Assembly: GCA_045804645.1 (NCBI GenBank)
Contig: JBJMMR010000042.1
Span: 18,184-82,183, forward strand
Direction of reading: 5' to 3'
DNA length: 64,000 bases
Origin: Chloroflexota bacterium
GTDB lineage: Bacteria > Chloroflexota > Limnocylindria > Limnocylindrales > CSP1-4
Below are positions 17,939 to 27,206 of the stretch, in pieces. Below the pieces are notes generated by a model that was given only the letters and a program-made list of their open reading frames with translations, did not search any database and was not told the origin of the DNA. The number at the start of each line of letters is the position of its first letter. Position 1 is the stretch's first letter. The position numbers were made by a program, and so were the translations under genes.

Positions 17939-20900
17939 ATGCAGGGGGCCGTCGGCGTCGTCCTGATCGCCCTTGCGCTCGGACTCGCCATCCGACTCAC
18001 CCTTTTATACCTGCTTCCCGGTTCGGGCTTCGGCCCTGACCTGTCCTCGTTCCGCTATTGGGCGAACGATCTCGCGACGAATGGGCTGAGCGGCTTCTAC
18101 CAGCGCGACTTCTTCCACGACTACACGCCCGGGTACCTGTACGTGCTGTGGCTCGTCGGGACGATCGGGAAGACGCTGGGCGGTATCGGCGACCTGATCA
18201 AGATCCCGCCGGTGCTGGCCGACGTCGGGATCGCGTATCTCGTCTGGTCGATGCTCCGCGAGATCGGCGTTCGAGAGCGCCTGGCCATCCTCGGCGCGCT
18301 CGTGGTGATGCTCAACCCGATCTTCTGGTTCGACAACGTGATCTGGGGCCAGGTCGATTCGTTCGGCGTCCTGTTCCTGATGCTCGGGCTGCGCAGTCTC
18401 TGGCGCGACCAGCCCGAACGCTCCGCGATCTTCGGCGTGATCGCGGCCGTGGTGAAGCCGCAGCTCGGCATCCTGCTTCCGGTCATCGCCGTCGTCACGA
18501 TCAGGCGGGCGCTCCGCCCGAAGCCCAAGGACCCCGACGCGTTACCCGAAGCCGACCCGATCCGCCGGCTGGAGGCGCGCACCGGCCATCCCATCCGCAT
18601 CGTCACGACGGCGCTCGTGGGGTACGTGACCGCCTTGGTGCTCTGCATCCCGTTCGGGCTGAGCGTCCTCCAGTTCACCCCCGCTGCGCCGTTCTTCACC
18701 TCTGGGCTCCTCCAGCAGATCGCGCTCGCCGGCGGCGGCTATCCGTACCTGACGGTCAATGCGTACAACGCGTGGGCGGTCGTGCCGAGCAACCTCGGGA
18801 TCAGCCTTGCCGGGTCGGGCCAGTGGGTCTGCGACACGCTCGCGACGCCCGCGGATCGCTGCGGGACGGGGTACGTCCAGTTCGGCTCGGTACCGGCGAT
18901 CGCGGTCGGTGCCGTCCTGCTCATCGTCGTGATCCTCAGCGCGCTCTGGGCGATCTGGCGCAACCCCGATCGCCTGACGATCACGGTCGGCCTCGCGGTC
19001 ATCGCCCTTGCGTTCTTCATGGCACCGACGCGTGTCCACGAGCGCTACGACTTCCCGTTCTTCGCCATCGCCGCCGTGCTCTTCGCGGTCTCGCCTCGGT
19101 GGCGGGTGCTGTACGTCGTCCTGAGCATCGCGACATTCGCCAACATGTATGTCGTCCCGACGACGATCTACCCGCCGACCGACTTGACCACGAACCCGAT
19201 CCGTGACTGGCTCGGCATCGGACCGGGGATCCGGTCGCAGGTCGGGGTGACCGCCATCGCGGTCACGTACACGGTCGGCTCGATCTGGGTGTGGCTCCAG
19301 CTCCGCCGGTCTGCCCGGGAGCGACTCGAAGAGGAGGTCTATTCCCGCCGCGAGGTCGAGCCCGAGGGAGCCGATGACGGCAGGCAGCGGGACGGCGCTC
19401 GCGTCGGGGCTCGGGTGGGTGCGACGGGCGCGACCGCCCTAGCCGTGGGCGGCGCAGCCCCGGCTGCCGCAACGCTCCCGACCTGGTCGGAGCCCGCGCG
19501 GTTCGAGGAGGTCGGGATCAGCGGGTGGATCTACCACCGGCTGCACGCCGTCCCGGTGCGCGCCGACCGGAGTCGGACGCTGACCAGCGAGGGCGGCGGT
19601 CGATTCGACCGGCTCGACGCGTGGCTCGTCGTCGTCCTGATCCTGGCGACCCTCGGGCTACGCCTGTTCCGGCTCGCCGAGCCCTACCAGATGCATTTCG
19701 ATGAGGTCTATCACGCCCGGACCGCCGCCGAATTCCTCCAGGACTGGCGATACGGCCAGTCCCATGTGATCTACGAGTGGACACACCCGCACCTCGCGAA
19801 GTACGCGATGGCCGCCGGCCTTGTCGCGTGGGGTGCAGACCACGTCGCCGCGACGAACGACCTCGGGGATCCGGTCCGCGCGGTGACGATCGAGCCGCGT
19901 CGGGAGGACGGCAGCGCACGCGCTGGGGAACGGCTTCACGTGGCCACGGGCGATGAGATACGGACCGAGGATCTCCGAACGCGCCAGACGCTCGCACGGA
20001 CATCCGCGCCAGGCGTCGGGGCGCTCGCGTTCGATCCCACCCAGACCCGGTTGATCCTCGGCGCCGATGACGGCACGGTGTCGAGCCTGGACGTGACCGA
20101 GATCGGGGTCGACGGCGCGGCGCCCGAACCAGTGCGCCTGGCCACGCTTCCGTATGCCGTCAAGCATCTGTTCGTGACCGACGACGGCACGATCGTGGCG
20201 GCCTCGGATCTCGACCTCTCGACCATCGACGGCACCTCGGGAGACATCCTGGGGCGCACGGAGTTCGACGAGATCAGCGACCTCGCTTCGGGTGGTACGG
20301 GTCCGGTCGTGCAAGGCGACCCAGCGGCGATGGAGGATCAGAGCGCCGTCGCGGAGACGGTCGCGGCGCTGATCGGCGGCGATCCGCAGGACTACGAGTC
20401 GCGCATCACGCGAGCTGCGCCGGGCGCATCCGTGCTGTTCGGGAGCCCGGGAAGTGGTGACACGCGCACGGCGGTCGAGGACGCGATCGCGGATGGACGG
20501 CTGCCAGGCGTCGAGATCGTCGACCTGCCGCGCGTCGCCGTCGCCACCAGCACGGGCGTCGCGTTCATCGATGTCACTTCCGCGAACACGACGTCGACCG
20601 TTCCCCTCGATGGCGGGGCACACGGGATGGCCTTCGTCACGGGGATCGAGGACACGGAGCTGTTCGTCACGAGCGGGACCACCGAGGCCCCGGACTATCA
20701 CGTCCTCAAGGTCAGCGGTGACGCCGCTGCGAACGGGCCGGTCGATCGGGGTAGCAACGCGCTCCCGGGGCTGGGCTCGAGCGTCGCCTACGACCGCGCA
20801 TCGCAGATGGTCCACATCCTGGGGCGTGCGCCCTCCGGCCCGGGGTCTCCGAGCGACCGCTGGACCGTGTATGTCGTCGAACCGCACGGCAACACCGCAC

Positions 20901-23263
20901 CCATCGGGGCCGTCTACGCCGACGCCCTCCTGCCCGCCGAGTTCACGCCGGTCGACTGGGCGATGGACGTCGAGCCCGAGTACCAGACCGACGATCGCCA
21001 GGACCTGCTGGTGTTCGACGGCGACGGCACCGTCGCATCGATCGACATCGGCTCCCACGCATTCGCCTGGCGTCTGCCGGGAGTGATCGCCGGCGTGCTC
21101 ATGGGTGCCTGCCTGTATGTGCTGGCGCGCGTCCTGTTCGCCCGACGCAGCGTCGCCGTCGCGGTCGCCGCCTTGACGCTGTTGGATGGCATGTTCTTCG
21201 TGCAGTCGCGGATCGGGATGAATGACGTCTACGTGGGCCTGTTCATCGTGGCCGCATACACGGTCTTCGCCGCGGTGTGGACGCACTGGTGGCGTGGTCG
21301 CGCGGCCTTCTGGATAGCGATGCCGATCATCGGACTGCTGCTCGGGTTAGCGCTGGCATCGAAGTGGGTGGCGGCGTACGCCATCGGCGCCCTCGTCCTG
21401 CTGCTGCTCATCCGCAGCGCTCTCGGCCGCGTCGTGTCGATCCTCGGTCTGATCGCGGTCACCGGTGCGCTCGGCTACCTCGCGATGGCCGGCCAGACGT
21501 TCGGCAACCTGCCGTTCCTCGTGATCATGATCGCGCTCACCCTGCTCGCCGTCGTCGTGGCGGTCTTCCATCCCATCCGCTGGACGGACGAGGAGATGTG
21601 GCTGGCGCTGCTCGCCCCTGCGGTCATCGGCACGGCCATGTTCTTTGGTGCGCTGGCCCTTGGGAAACTCGATGCGACGATCGTCGTCGGGCCGGTATCG
21701 GTCACTCCGTTGCTCGCGGCGTTCGGGGCGGCACTCGGCTCGGTCGTCGTCTACGGCACGTTCCGGGTGGGCGGCTCCCTGGGCTACGGTCCGCTCGCCG
21801 AACCGCCGAAGCCCGGCGACCCTGCCGCCGCGCTCGACCCGCCTGGACCCGCCCCGAGCGGCTGGCTCCGCCCTGGTTGGGCGTACGGCATCCCGATCGT
21901 CTGGGCGGCCGTCTGCCTCCTCGCGATCCCGCTCGGCGTGTACGTCGTGAGCTACCTGCCGTGGGCCGCGATCGAGAACCACCAGCTGTGGACCGGCTAT
22001 CCGACCGGCCACACCGGCCAGACGTTGGTCGAGCTGACGCGCCAGATGTACGACTACCACAACGGGCTCACCTCCCCGCACCCGGCGTCGTCGCCGTGGT
22101 GGGCGTTCCCGTTCGACCTCAAGCCCGTGTGGTTCTACCAGGAAGGTTTCGCCGGCTCGACGAGCGGCGCGATCTACGACTCCGGGAACATCGTCATCTG
22201 GTGGCTCGGCATCGCCGCGCTGGTCTTCGTGTCGATCGTGGCGTATCGCCGGCGCTCGCCCGCCCTCGCCCTCATCGCGATCGGCTTCGCCGCGCAGTGG
22301 GTCCCCTGGGCGCGCATCGATCGGGCCGCCTTCCAGTACCACTACTACACCGCGCTGCCGTTCGTGGTCCTCGCTCTCGCGTACCTCGTCGCCGAGCTGT
22401 GGCACGGGCCATCACGGCGGACCTGGATGTGGATGCGGATCGCGGCGGCCGCTGCGATCATCGCGCCGGCGGCGATGTGGCTGTTCTCCCGACCGCTGTG
22501 TGCCCTGGTCGGCGTGACGATCGCCAACCCGGGGTCCCAGGCCTGTCCCGCGGTCATCCCGGACGTGGTCCTCACCGTCCGGACGCTGGCCTTGCTCGGG
22601 CTTCTCGTCGCGGGCGGCATCGTGCTGTGGCTGTGGCTCACACGCATCCAGGGGCGCGATCGCGACGATCGCGAGGTTCGGTCGGGTCCGCGCCGGTACC
22701 TCGATCTACCGCTCGTCGGCAGCGTGATCGCGGTCGGCCTCGGGATCGCATTCGCTTCCGCCCTCCCCGATACGGCGCTCCTGACGTGGCACGGCATCCC
22801 GGTCGAACCAGTGGCTCTCCTCGTCCTGCTGCCGCTGTCGTATCTGGCCGGGCAGGTGCTCTCGGCGCGGGACGCTCGGCGCTTCGTCATCGGGATCGGT
22901 GCGGCCGTTCTCGCATGGTTCGTGATCTGGTACCCGAACATCTCGGCACTGCCGCTGCCATCTACCGTCGTGAACGCGTTCCAGGGCTTCCTGCCGACGT
23001 ATCTGTACGCGTTCCAGTTCCCGGTCAATACCGCGCCACGGCCTGCGACGCCGTTGATCAGCCCGGTCCCGATCGCCCTGACGCTGGCGCTCGGACTGAC
23101 GTGCCTCGTGGTCGCCTATTCGGCCTCGGTGTGGCGCCTCGCGCTGGCGGAGTCGCGCGCGAACGCCGCCTCTCGTTCTGGGCGCTCGTCCGGGCCGCCC
23201 GGGTCGTCGTCCGGCGATGGGAGGGGCGTCGACGGCCTGGCGCGCACCGGCGAAGGCGCCTGA
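17939..23263 (+). CDS. Giant fused membrane glycosyltransferase (~1774 aa): N-terminal GT-C domain + protein O-mannosyltransferase (GT39/PMT)-like domain with large inserted soluble loop and PMT C-terminal 4TM domain
   Basis: Start trimmed to MQGAVGVVLIALALGL (the track's 17825 start would overlap the divergent gene). Residues ~40-480 are a GT-C-like polytopic domain (…FWFDNVIWGQVDSFGVLFLMLGL…). From ~590: RLFRLAEPYQMHFDEVYHARTAAEFL…YEWTHPHLAKYAMAAGL (PMT DE/HxDE loop-1 motif). ~360-aa Asp/Gly-rich repeat insert (…LGADDGTVSSLDVTEIGVDGAAPEP…). Then VQSRIGMNDVYVGLFIVAAYTVF… and C-terminal YHNGLTSPHPASSPWWAFPFDLKPVWFY…NIVIWWLGIAAL (PMT_4TMC-like). Confidence 0.7.
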   Translation: MQGAVGVVLIALALGLAIRLTLLYLLPGSGFGPDLSSFRYWANDLATNGLSGFYQRDFFHDYTPGYLYVLWLVGTIGKTLGGIGDLIKIPPVLADVGIAYLVWSMLREIGVRERLAILGALVVMLNPIFWFDNVIWGQVDSFGVLFLMLGLRSLWRDQPERSAIFGVIAAVVKPQLGILLPVIAVVTIRRALRPKPKDPDALPEADPIRRLEARTGHPIRIVTTALVGYVTALVLCIPFGLSVLQFTPAAPFFTSGLLQQIALAGGGYPYLTVNAYNAWAVVPSNLGISLAGSGQWVCDTLATPADRCGTGYVQFGSVPAIAVGAVLLIVVILSALWAIWRNPDRLTITVGLAVIALAFFMAPTRVHERYDFPFFAIAAVLFAVSPRWRVLYVVLSIATFANMYVVPTTIYPPTDLTTNPIRDWLGIGPGIRSQVGVTAIAVTYTVGSIWVWLQLRRSARERLEEEVYSRREVEPEGADDGRQRDGARVGARVGATGATALAVGGAAPAAATLPTWSEPARFEEVGISGWIYHRLHAVPVRADRSRTLTSEGGGRFDRLDAWLVVVLILATLGLRLFRLAEPYQMHFDEVYHARTAAEFLQDWRYGQSHVIYEWTHPHLAKYAMAAGLVAWGADHVAATNDLGDPVRAVTIEPRREDGSARAGERLHVATGDEIRTEDLRTRQTLARTSAPGVGALAFDPTQTRLILGADDGTVSSLDVTEIGVDGAAPEPVRLATLPYAVKHLFVTDDGTIVAASDLDLSTIDGTSGDILGRTEFDEISDLASGGTGPVVQGDPAAMEDQSAVAETVAALIGGDPQDYESRITRAAPGASVLFGSPGSGDTRTAVEDAIADGRLPGVEIVDLPRVAVATSTGVAFIDVTSANTTSTVPLDGGAHGMAFVTGIEDTELFVTSGTTEAPDYHVLKVSGDAAANGPVDRGSNALPGLGSSVAYDRASQMVHILGRAPSGPGSPSDRWTVYVVEPHGNTAPIGAVYADALLPAEFTPVDWAMDVEPEYQTDDRQDLLVFDGDGTVASIDIGSHAFAWRLPGVIAGVLMGACLYVLARVLFARRSVAVAVAALTLLDGMFFVQSRIGMNDVYVGLFIVAAYTVFAAVWTHWWRGRAAFWIAMPIIGLLLGLALASKWVAAYAIGALVLLLLIRSALGRVVSILGLIAVTGALGYLAMAGQTFGNLPFLVIMIALTLLAVVVAVFHPIRWTDEEMWLALLAPAVIGTAMFFGALALGKLDATIVVGPVSVTPLLAAFGAALGSVVVYGTFRVGGSLGYGPLAEPPKPGDPAAALDPPGPAPSGWLRPGWAYGIPIVWAAVCLLAIPLGVYVVSYLPWAAIENHQLWTGYPTGHTGQTLVELTRQMYDYHNGLTSPHPASSPWWAFPFDLKPVWFYQEGFAGSTSGAIYDSGNIVIWWLGIAALVFVSIVAYRRRSPALALIAIGFAAQWVPWARIDRAAFQYHYYTALPFVVLALAYLVAELWHGPSRRTWMWMRIAAAAAIIAPAAMWLFSRPLCALVGVTIANPGSQACPAVIPDVVLTVRTLALLGLLVAGGIVLWLWLTRIQGRDRDDREVRSGPRRYLDLPLVGSVIAVGLGIAFASALPDTALLTWHGIPVEPVALLVLLPLSYLAGQVLSARDARRFVIGIGAAVLAWFVIWYPNISALPLPSTVVNAFQGFLPTYLYAFQFPVNTAPRPATPLISPVPIALTLALGLTCLVVAYSASVWRLALAESRANAASRSGRSSGPPGSSSGDGRGVDGLARTGEGA

Positions 23264-24414
23264 GGGATCTCTGCCCGAAAACCTTCAGGCAGCGTCGCGG
23301 AGGCCGCGAGTCGTCGGATCACGAACCCGTAGTAGTCCTCGACCTTCGCGGTCACCCGCGGCCACGAGAAGTCCTCGGCTCGCTCTCGGCCGGCGGCTCC
23401 CATCCGCGCGCGCAGTGCCGGATCGTCGATGAGCGTGTCGATCGCTGCCGCCAGCTCGCGCGGCTGGCGCGGCGGGACCAGCAGCGCCTCGCGGCCGCGC
23501 CGGACGACGCCCTTGTACCCGTGGATGTCCGAGCAGACGATGGCGGTCCCGGCAGCCATCGCCTCGAGCAGGACGATCCCGAATGACTCGCCACCGGTCG
23601 CCGGCGAGACGTAGACATCGGCGGTCTTGTAGAGCTGCGCCTTCTCCGCGTCCGATACACGACCGAGGAACTCGACGCCATTGAGCCCCCGAGTCGCGAC
23701 GTACCGACGCGCCTCGCGCTCCTGCGGACCCGACCCGACGATCAGCAGCCGCGAGCGCTCGCCCGACCGTCGCAGCACCCGATGGGCCTTGAGCAGATCG
23801 AGTAGCCCCTTGCGTGGCTCATGGCGCCCGACGAAGAGCACGTTCGGCGTCCCGTCCTGCCAACGTGCGATCGGGACGGCGTTCGCGAAGCGCGCGACAT
23901 CGACCCCGTTCGGGATGACCTTGTAGTCGCCCGGGAAGTAGCGGTCGATGAAGTGGCGTGCCGCGGCACTGACCGCGATCCGGCCATGGAGCCGCCCTGC
24001 GTATCCGCGGAGCGCACGACTCCCGAACTCGTAGGACGGCGAGAAGCCCGCGTACGCGTGGAATGTCGCGACGTTGACGCTGGTCGACTCGCGCAGCAGG
24101 AAGAGCGACAGGAACGGTACGAACGGCTCGTGGAAATGGAGGAGGTCGAACCGCTCGCGTTCGAGCATGTCGTCGATCTGGGTCAGGTAGCGCGGCGAGA
24201 ACGTCAGCGTCCCGACCGACGCATTGATGGGGACCGAGAACCCGACACCGAGTCGGATGATGTCGCCCTCGGACGCGCGCTGCGGTCCGTGGCTCGCCGT
24301 GAGGATGCGGACGTCGTGCCCGCGCTGGCGGAGCCCCTGGTAGAGGAACTCGACGTGTTGGGCGACGCCGCCGCCGGCCGGGTAGATGTACGGGCAGACG
24401 AGGCCGATCTTCAC
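23116..24414 (-). CDS. GT4 family glycosyltransferase, PimA-like (phosphatidylinositol mannosyltransferase-type)
   Basis: 432 aa; MKIGLVCPYIYPAGGGVAQHVEFLYQGLRQRGHDVRILT… (GT-B N-domain), E-x7-E-like C-terminal domain (…FGIVLLEAMAAGTAIVCSDIHGY…); last gene of the ino1/PIP-synthase operon; disordered C-tail convergently overlaps the giant GT gene. Confidence 0.75.
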   Translation of the reverse strand: MKIGLVCPYIYPAGGGVAQHVEFLYQGLRQRGHDVRILTASHGPQRASEGDIIRLGVGFSVPINASVGTLTFSPRYLTQIDDMLERERFDLLHFHEPFVPFLSLFLLRESTSVNVATFHAYAGFSPSYEFGSRALRGYAGRLHGRIAVSAAARHFIDRYFPGDYKVIPNGVDVARFANAVPIARWQDGTPNVLFVGRHEPRKGLLDLLKAHRVLRRSGERSRLLIVGSGPQEREARRYVATRGLNGVEFLGRVSDAEKAQLYKTADVYVSPATGGESFGIVLLEAMAAGTAIVCSDIHGYKGVVRRGREALLVPPRQPRELAAAIDTLIDDPALRARMGAAGRERAEDFSWPRVTAKVEDYYGFVIRRLAASATLPEGFRAEIPQAPSPVRARPSTPLPSPDDDPGGPDERPEREAAFARDSASARRHTEAE

Positions 24415-25220
24415 GTCGCGTCGGGGCCGTCGTAGCGGGGCGGCCGAGCCCGACCACCGGGATAGCCATGGTCGCGTCCTGTACCGGATCGTCGGATGCG
24501 CCCGCTGAGCTCGTCGCGGGCGTCGGTCGCGCGCTTGCGCACCTGCTGTCCGAAGACGCCGATCTGCCCGACCGTCCCGTGGAAGGAGCCGCCGTGATCG
24601 GTGGCGCGCGCCTCGATCGCACGTCGCAGCTCGGTCGCGGTCCTGCCCGGGAACGTCGTCCAGCCTGCACCGACGGCACCGAGCGAGTGCGCGTCGCTGT
24701 TACCGACGCGAGCGAGACCGTTGTCGTCGGCGAAGCGCACCACGCGATCGTGCCACGGCCGCCCGAGTGCCGTCGGGTTGAAGGTCTCGAGCCCATCGGG
24801 GTGGACTGCCTCGTCAGGATCGTCGAGGAGCCGCCGGAGGACCCAGGCCTGCGCGCACAACGGGTACGGGACGAGCGGATGGGCGGGGATCGCCATCCCG
24901 CCGGCTTCGTGGATATCGGCGATGGTCCGCCCGAGCGTGCGATAGGGCGTGATGCGTCGGTCGACGAAGAGCGCAAGCAGGTGGCCGCCCAGGGTCGTGA
25001 CTTCCTCACCGACGATGACGTCGATCGGCAGACCCCGGTCGCGGGCGATCGCCCTGCCGGCGATGGCCGCGTCGATCCGTTCGTGATCGGTGATCGCGAT
25101 GACGTCGAGGTCGCCGCGCGCGGCGACATCGTCGATGATCGTGACGACGTCGGCGAGACCGTCCGAGGCGGCGGTGTGGATATGCAGGTCCGCCCGACCG
25201 GGCCGGTCCGCGTCAGCCAT
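24411..25220 (-). CDS. PHP-domain (polymerase/histidinol-phosphatase family) metal-dependent phosphoesterase
   Basis: Start trimmed to MADADRPGRADLHIHTAASDG…; PHP motifs HxH…ITDH…H…NSDAH present; ATGA-coupled to pimA-like gene, 8-nt overlap with upstream acyltransferase. Confidence 0.7.
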   Translation of the reverse strand: MADADRPGRADLHIHTAASDGLADVVTIIDDVAARGDLDVIAITDHERIDAAIAGRAIARDRGLPIDVIVGEEVTTLGGHLLALFVDRRITPYRTLGRTIADIHEAGGMAIPAHPLVPYPLCAQAWVLRRLLDDPDEAVHPDGLETFNPTALGRPWHDRVVRFADDNGLARVGNSDAHSLGAVGAGWTTFPGRTATELRRAIEARATDHGGSFHGTVGQIGVFGQQVRKRATDARDELSGRIRRSGTGRDHGYPGGRARPPRYDGPDAT

Positions 25221-26151
25221 CACGGCGCTGCAGGTCGGGCCAGATCGGGAAGAACACGGCCCACCACTGCTCGGGGGCGTCCTCGATGATGCGCTCGAAG
25301 GCACGAGCGATCGAAGCCGTCGTCGCCGTCGCGCGCTCGCGGCGTGAGCCCTCGTTGGCGACGTCGACGCGCTCCAACCGGCCGGTGTAGCGGCCGGGGC
25401 TCGTGCGGCGGACGCCCATGACGTAGGGCGGCGCCCCGGTCTCGATGGCGAGGAGCGCCGGGCCGAGCGGAAGGCTGGCCGGCGCCCCGAACAGCTGCGT
25501 GAGCGTCCCACCCCCGGTCAGGTCTCGATCACCCACCAGGCCGACGTAGCGGCCGTCGCGCAGTGCCCTCGTGAGCTCGCGCCGCGCCTCGCGCACACCG
25601 ACGATCCGGATCCCGACGGAGCCGCGCGATCGGATGAACCATGCCTGCAACTCCGGGTCGTCGAGCGTCTCCATCGGCGCGACTGCCTCGCCGACCCGCG
25701 ACGCAAGGAGCAGGGCCGGCAGCTCGATGGCACCGAAGTGCAGCCCGACGAAGATCACGGGTCGGCCGAGCGTGAACGCCTCCTCGACGACCTCGGGTGT
25801 CTCGATGGTGAGGCGGCGCGGGATCTCATCGCCGCCCATGCCCGGCGTCCGTGCGACCTCGAGGTAGTAGCGCGCGGCATGCCGGTACGCCAGGCGCACG
25901 AGCCGTTCGAGTGCGCGCGGGTCGTTCGCGGCCGCGCGCGCGAGGGGCGTCCCTCGTTCGTTGGCGGCCAGCCAGCTCGTCACGCGCGCCAGGTTGCGCC
26001 GCGCCCGGGCGGCGCGATCCGGCGTGCGTCGATACCAGAGATCTCCGGCCAGATCGGCCAGCGCTATCTGCGGGCGCTCCGGGAGTCGGCACGCCAGCCA
26101 CGAGGCGGCCTGGAGAGCGCGGCGCCGCAAGCTGCGCCCGATGCGTCGCAC
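25213..26151 (-). CDS. Lysophospholipid/lipid A-type acyltransferase (LPLAT, HtrB/PatA-like; candidate PIM acyltransferase)
   Basis: 312 aa; LPLAT-fold features (…VIFVGLHFGAIELPALLL… H-x4-E-type acceptor motif, …GLVGDRDLTGGG…); position in PIM-type locus next to pimA-like gene. Confidence 0.7.
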   Translation of the reverse strand: MRRIGRSLRRRALQAASWLACRLPERPQIALADLAGDLWYRRTPDRAARARRNLARVTSWLAANERGTPLARAAANDPRALERLVRLAYRHAARYYLEVARTPGMGGDEIPRRLTIETPEVVEEAFTLGRPVIFVGLHFGAIELPALLLASRVGEAVAPMETLDDPELQAWFIRSRGSVGIRIVGVREARRELTRALRDGRYVGLVGDRDLTGGGTLTQLFGAPASLPLGPALLAIETGAPPYVMGVRRTSPGRYTGRLERVDVANEGSRRERATATTASIARAFERIIEDAPEQWWAVFFPIWPDLQRRDG

Positions 26152-26153
26152 GC

Positions 26154-27206
26154 TCAGCCGAACTCCCGGGCCGGACCAGGATCAGCGTTGTTGCCCTGCA
26201 TCAGGGAGGCGCGCCGCGCGAGATCGGCAGCTTCCTCCGCTGTCGACGGCCAGATCGGCTTGAAGCTGTACCACTGATCGGGTGCTGCGGCGATCGTCGA
26301 CGCGAGGGCATCCGCGACGGCCTGGGTCGCGCGTTGGAGGTCGAGTGGATCGGAGGACGGGACCTCGATCGGCGCCGGCCAGGAGACGTGGAACGTGTCG
26401 TCGGGCTGGCGGCGGATCGTGATCGGGAGGATCAAGGACCGGGTCTTCGCCGCGAGGATGGCGGGGCCGGCGGGCAGCGTGGTCCACTCGCCGAAGAGAC
26501 GGACGGGGATCCCGTCGGGCCGATAGCCCCAGTCGACCAGCAACCCGAGGATCTCGCGCCGGCGCAGCACGCCGAAGATCTCGCGCAGGTTGCGCCACGG
26601 GATCAGCTTCACGCCCCAGCCCTCGCGCTGGCGCCGCAGGATCTCGTAGATCTCCGGGAACGACGAGTCATCGGCGACGACGCTGATCGGCATCCCGTGA
26701 TGGGCGATAGCCGCGGCAACGGCCTCGTTGCTCCCGACGTGCCCGACGGTCATGATCAAGCCGCCCGGTGAGCCTTCCCAGATCGCACGGACCTCGTCGA
26801 CGTCCAGGGTCGGGATGAGGCGAGCGATCGCGTCGGGCGGCAGGGTCGGCAGGCGCATGAGCTCGACGAGATAGCGTCCATAGCCCATGTAGGCGCCCAA
26901 AGCCGCTATTCGGACCCGTCGGTGGTCGGGCGGTAGGCCAAGGACATTGGCGAAATTGCGGTTCGACCAGCGGCGCTTGGTCGGCCACAGCACGTACGAC
27001 GCCTGCGCTACGCGACCGATGATCGCGGCAGCGGGCTTCGGCGGCACGGTCGCGAGCACCCAGGACGTGGCGCGATACGCGAGGAGCGCGGTCCGTTCGA
27101 CGATGCGCGGGCTCGACCCGCTCCGCCGATGCGGAGCTTCGAGACGCCGGTCGATGCGGGCCGGCTTGGCCGGGGGTCCCGCGTGTGACTGATCGCCCGC
27201 CGTCAT
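26154..27206 (-). CDS. Second LPLAT-family acyltransferase (HtrB/PatA-like)
   Basis: Start trimmed to [10 protein letters not shown]… (ATGA-coupled to ino1 stop; track ORF 5' extension overlaps ino1); …[18 protein letters not shown]…[18 protein letters not shown]… LPLAT pattern. Confidence 0.65.
   Translation of the reverse strand: MTAGDQSHAGPPAKPARIDRRLEAPHRRSGSSPRIVERTALLAYRATSWVLATVPPKPAAAIIGRVAQASYVLWPTKRRWSNRNFANVLGLPPDHRRVRIAALGAYMGYGRYLVELMRLPTLPPDAIARLIPTLDVDEVRAIWEGSPGGLIMTVGHVGSNEAVAAAIAHHGMPISVVADDSSFPEIYEILRRQREGWGVKLIPWRNLREIFGVLRRREILGLLVDWGYRPDGIPVRLFGEWTTLPAGPAILAAKTRSLILPITIRRQPDDTFHVSWPAPIEVPSSDPLDLQRATQAVADALASTIAAAPDQWYSFKPIWPSTAEEAADLARRASLMQGNNADPGPAREFG

Noticed and set aside
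25851-26771. 306-aa + strand ORF antisense to the two acyltransferase genes (and several similar 150-350-aa antisense ORFs across the PIM and nuo loci)
   Set aside because: Antisense to well-supported genes, low-complexity composition, no start context
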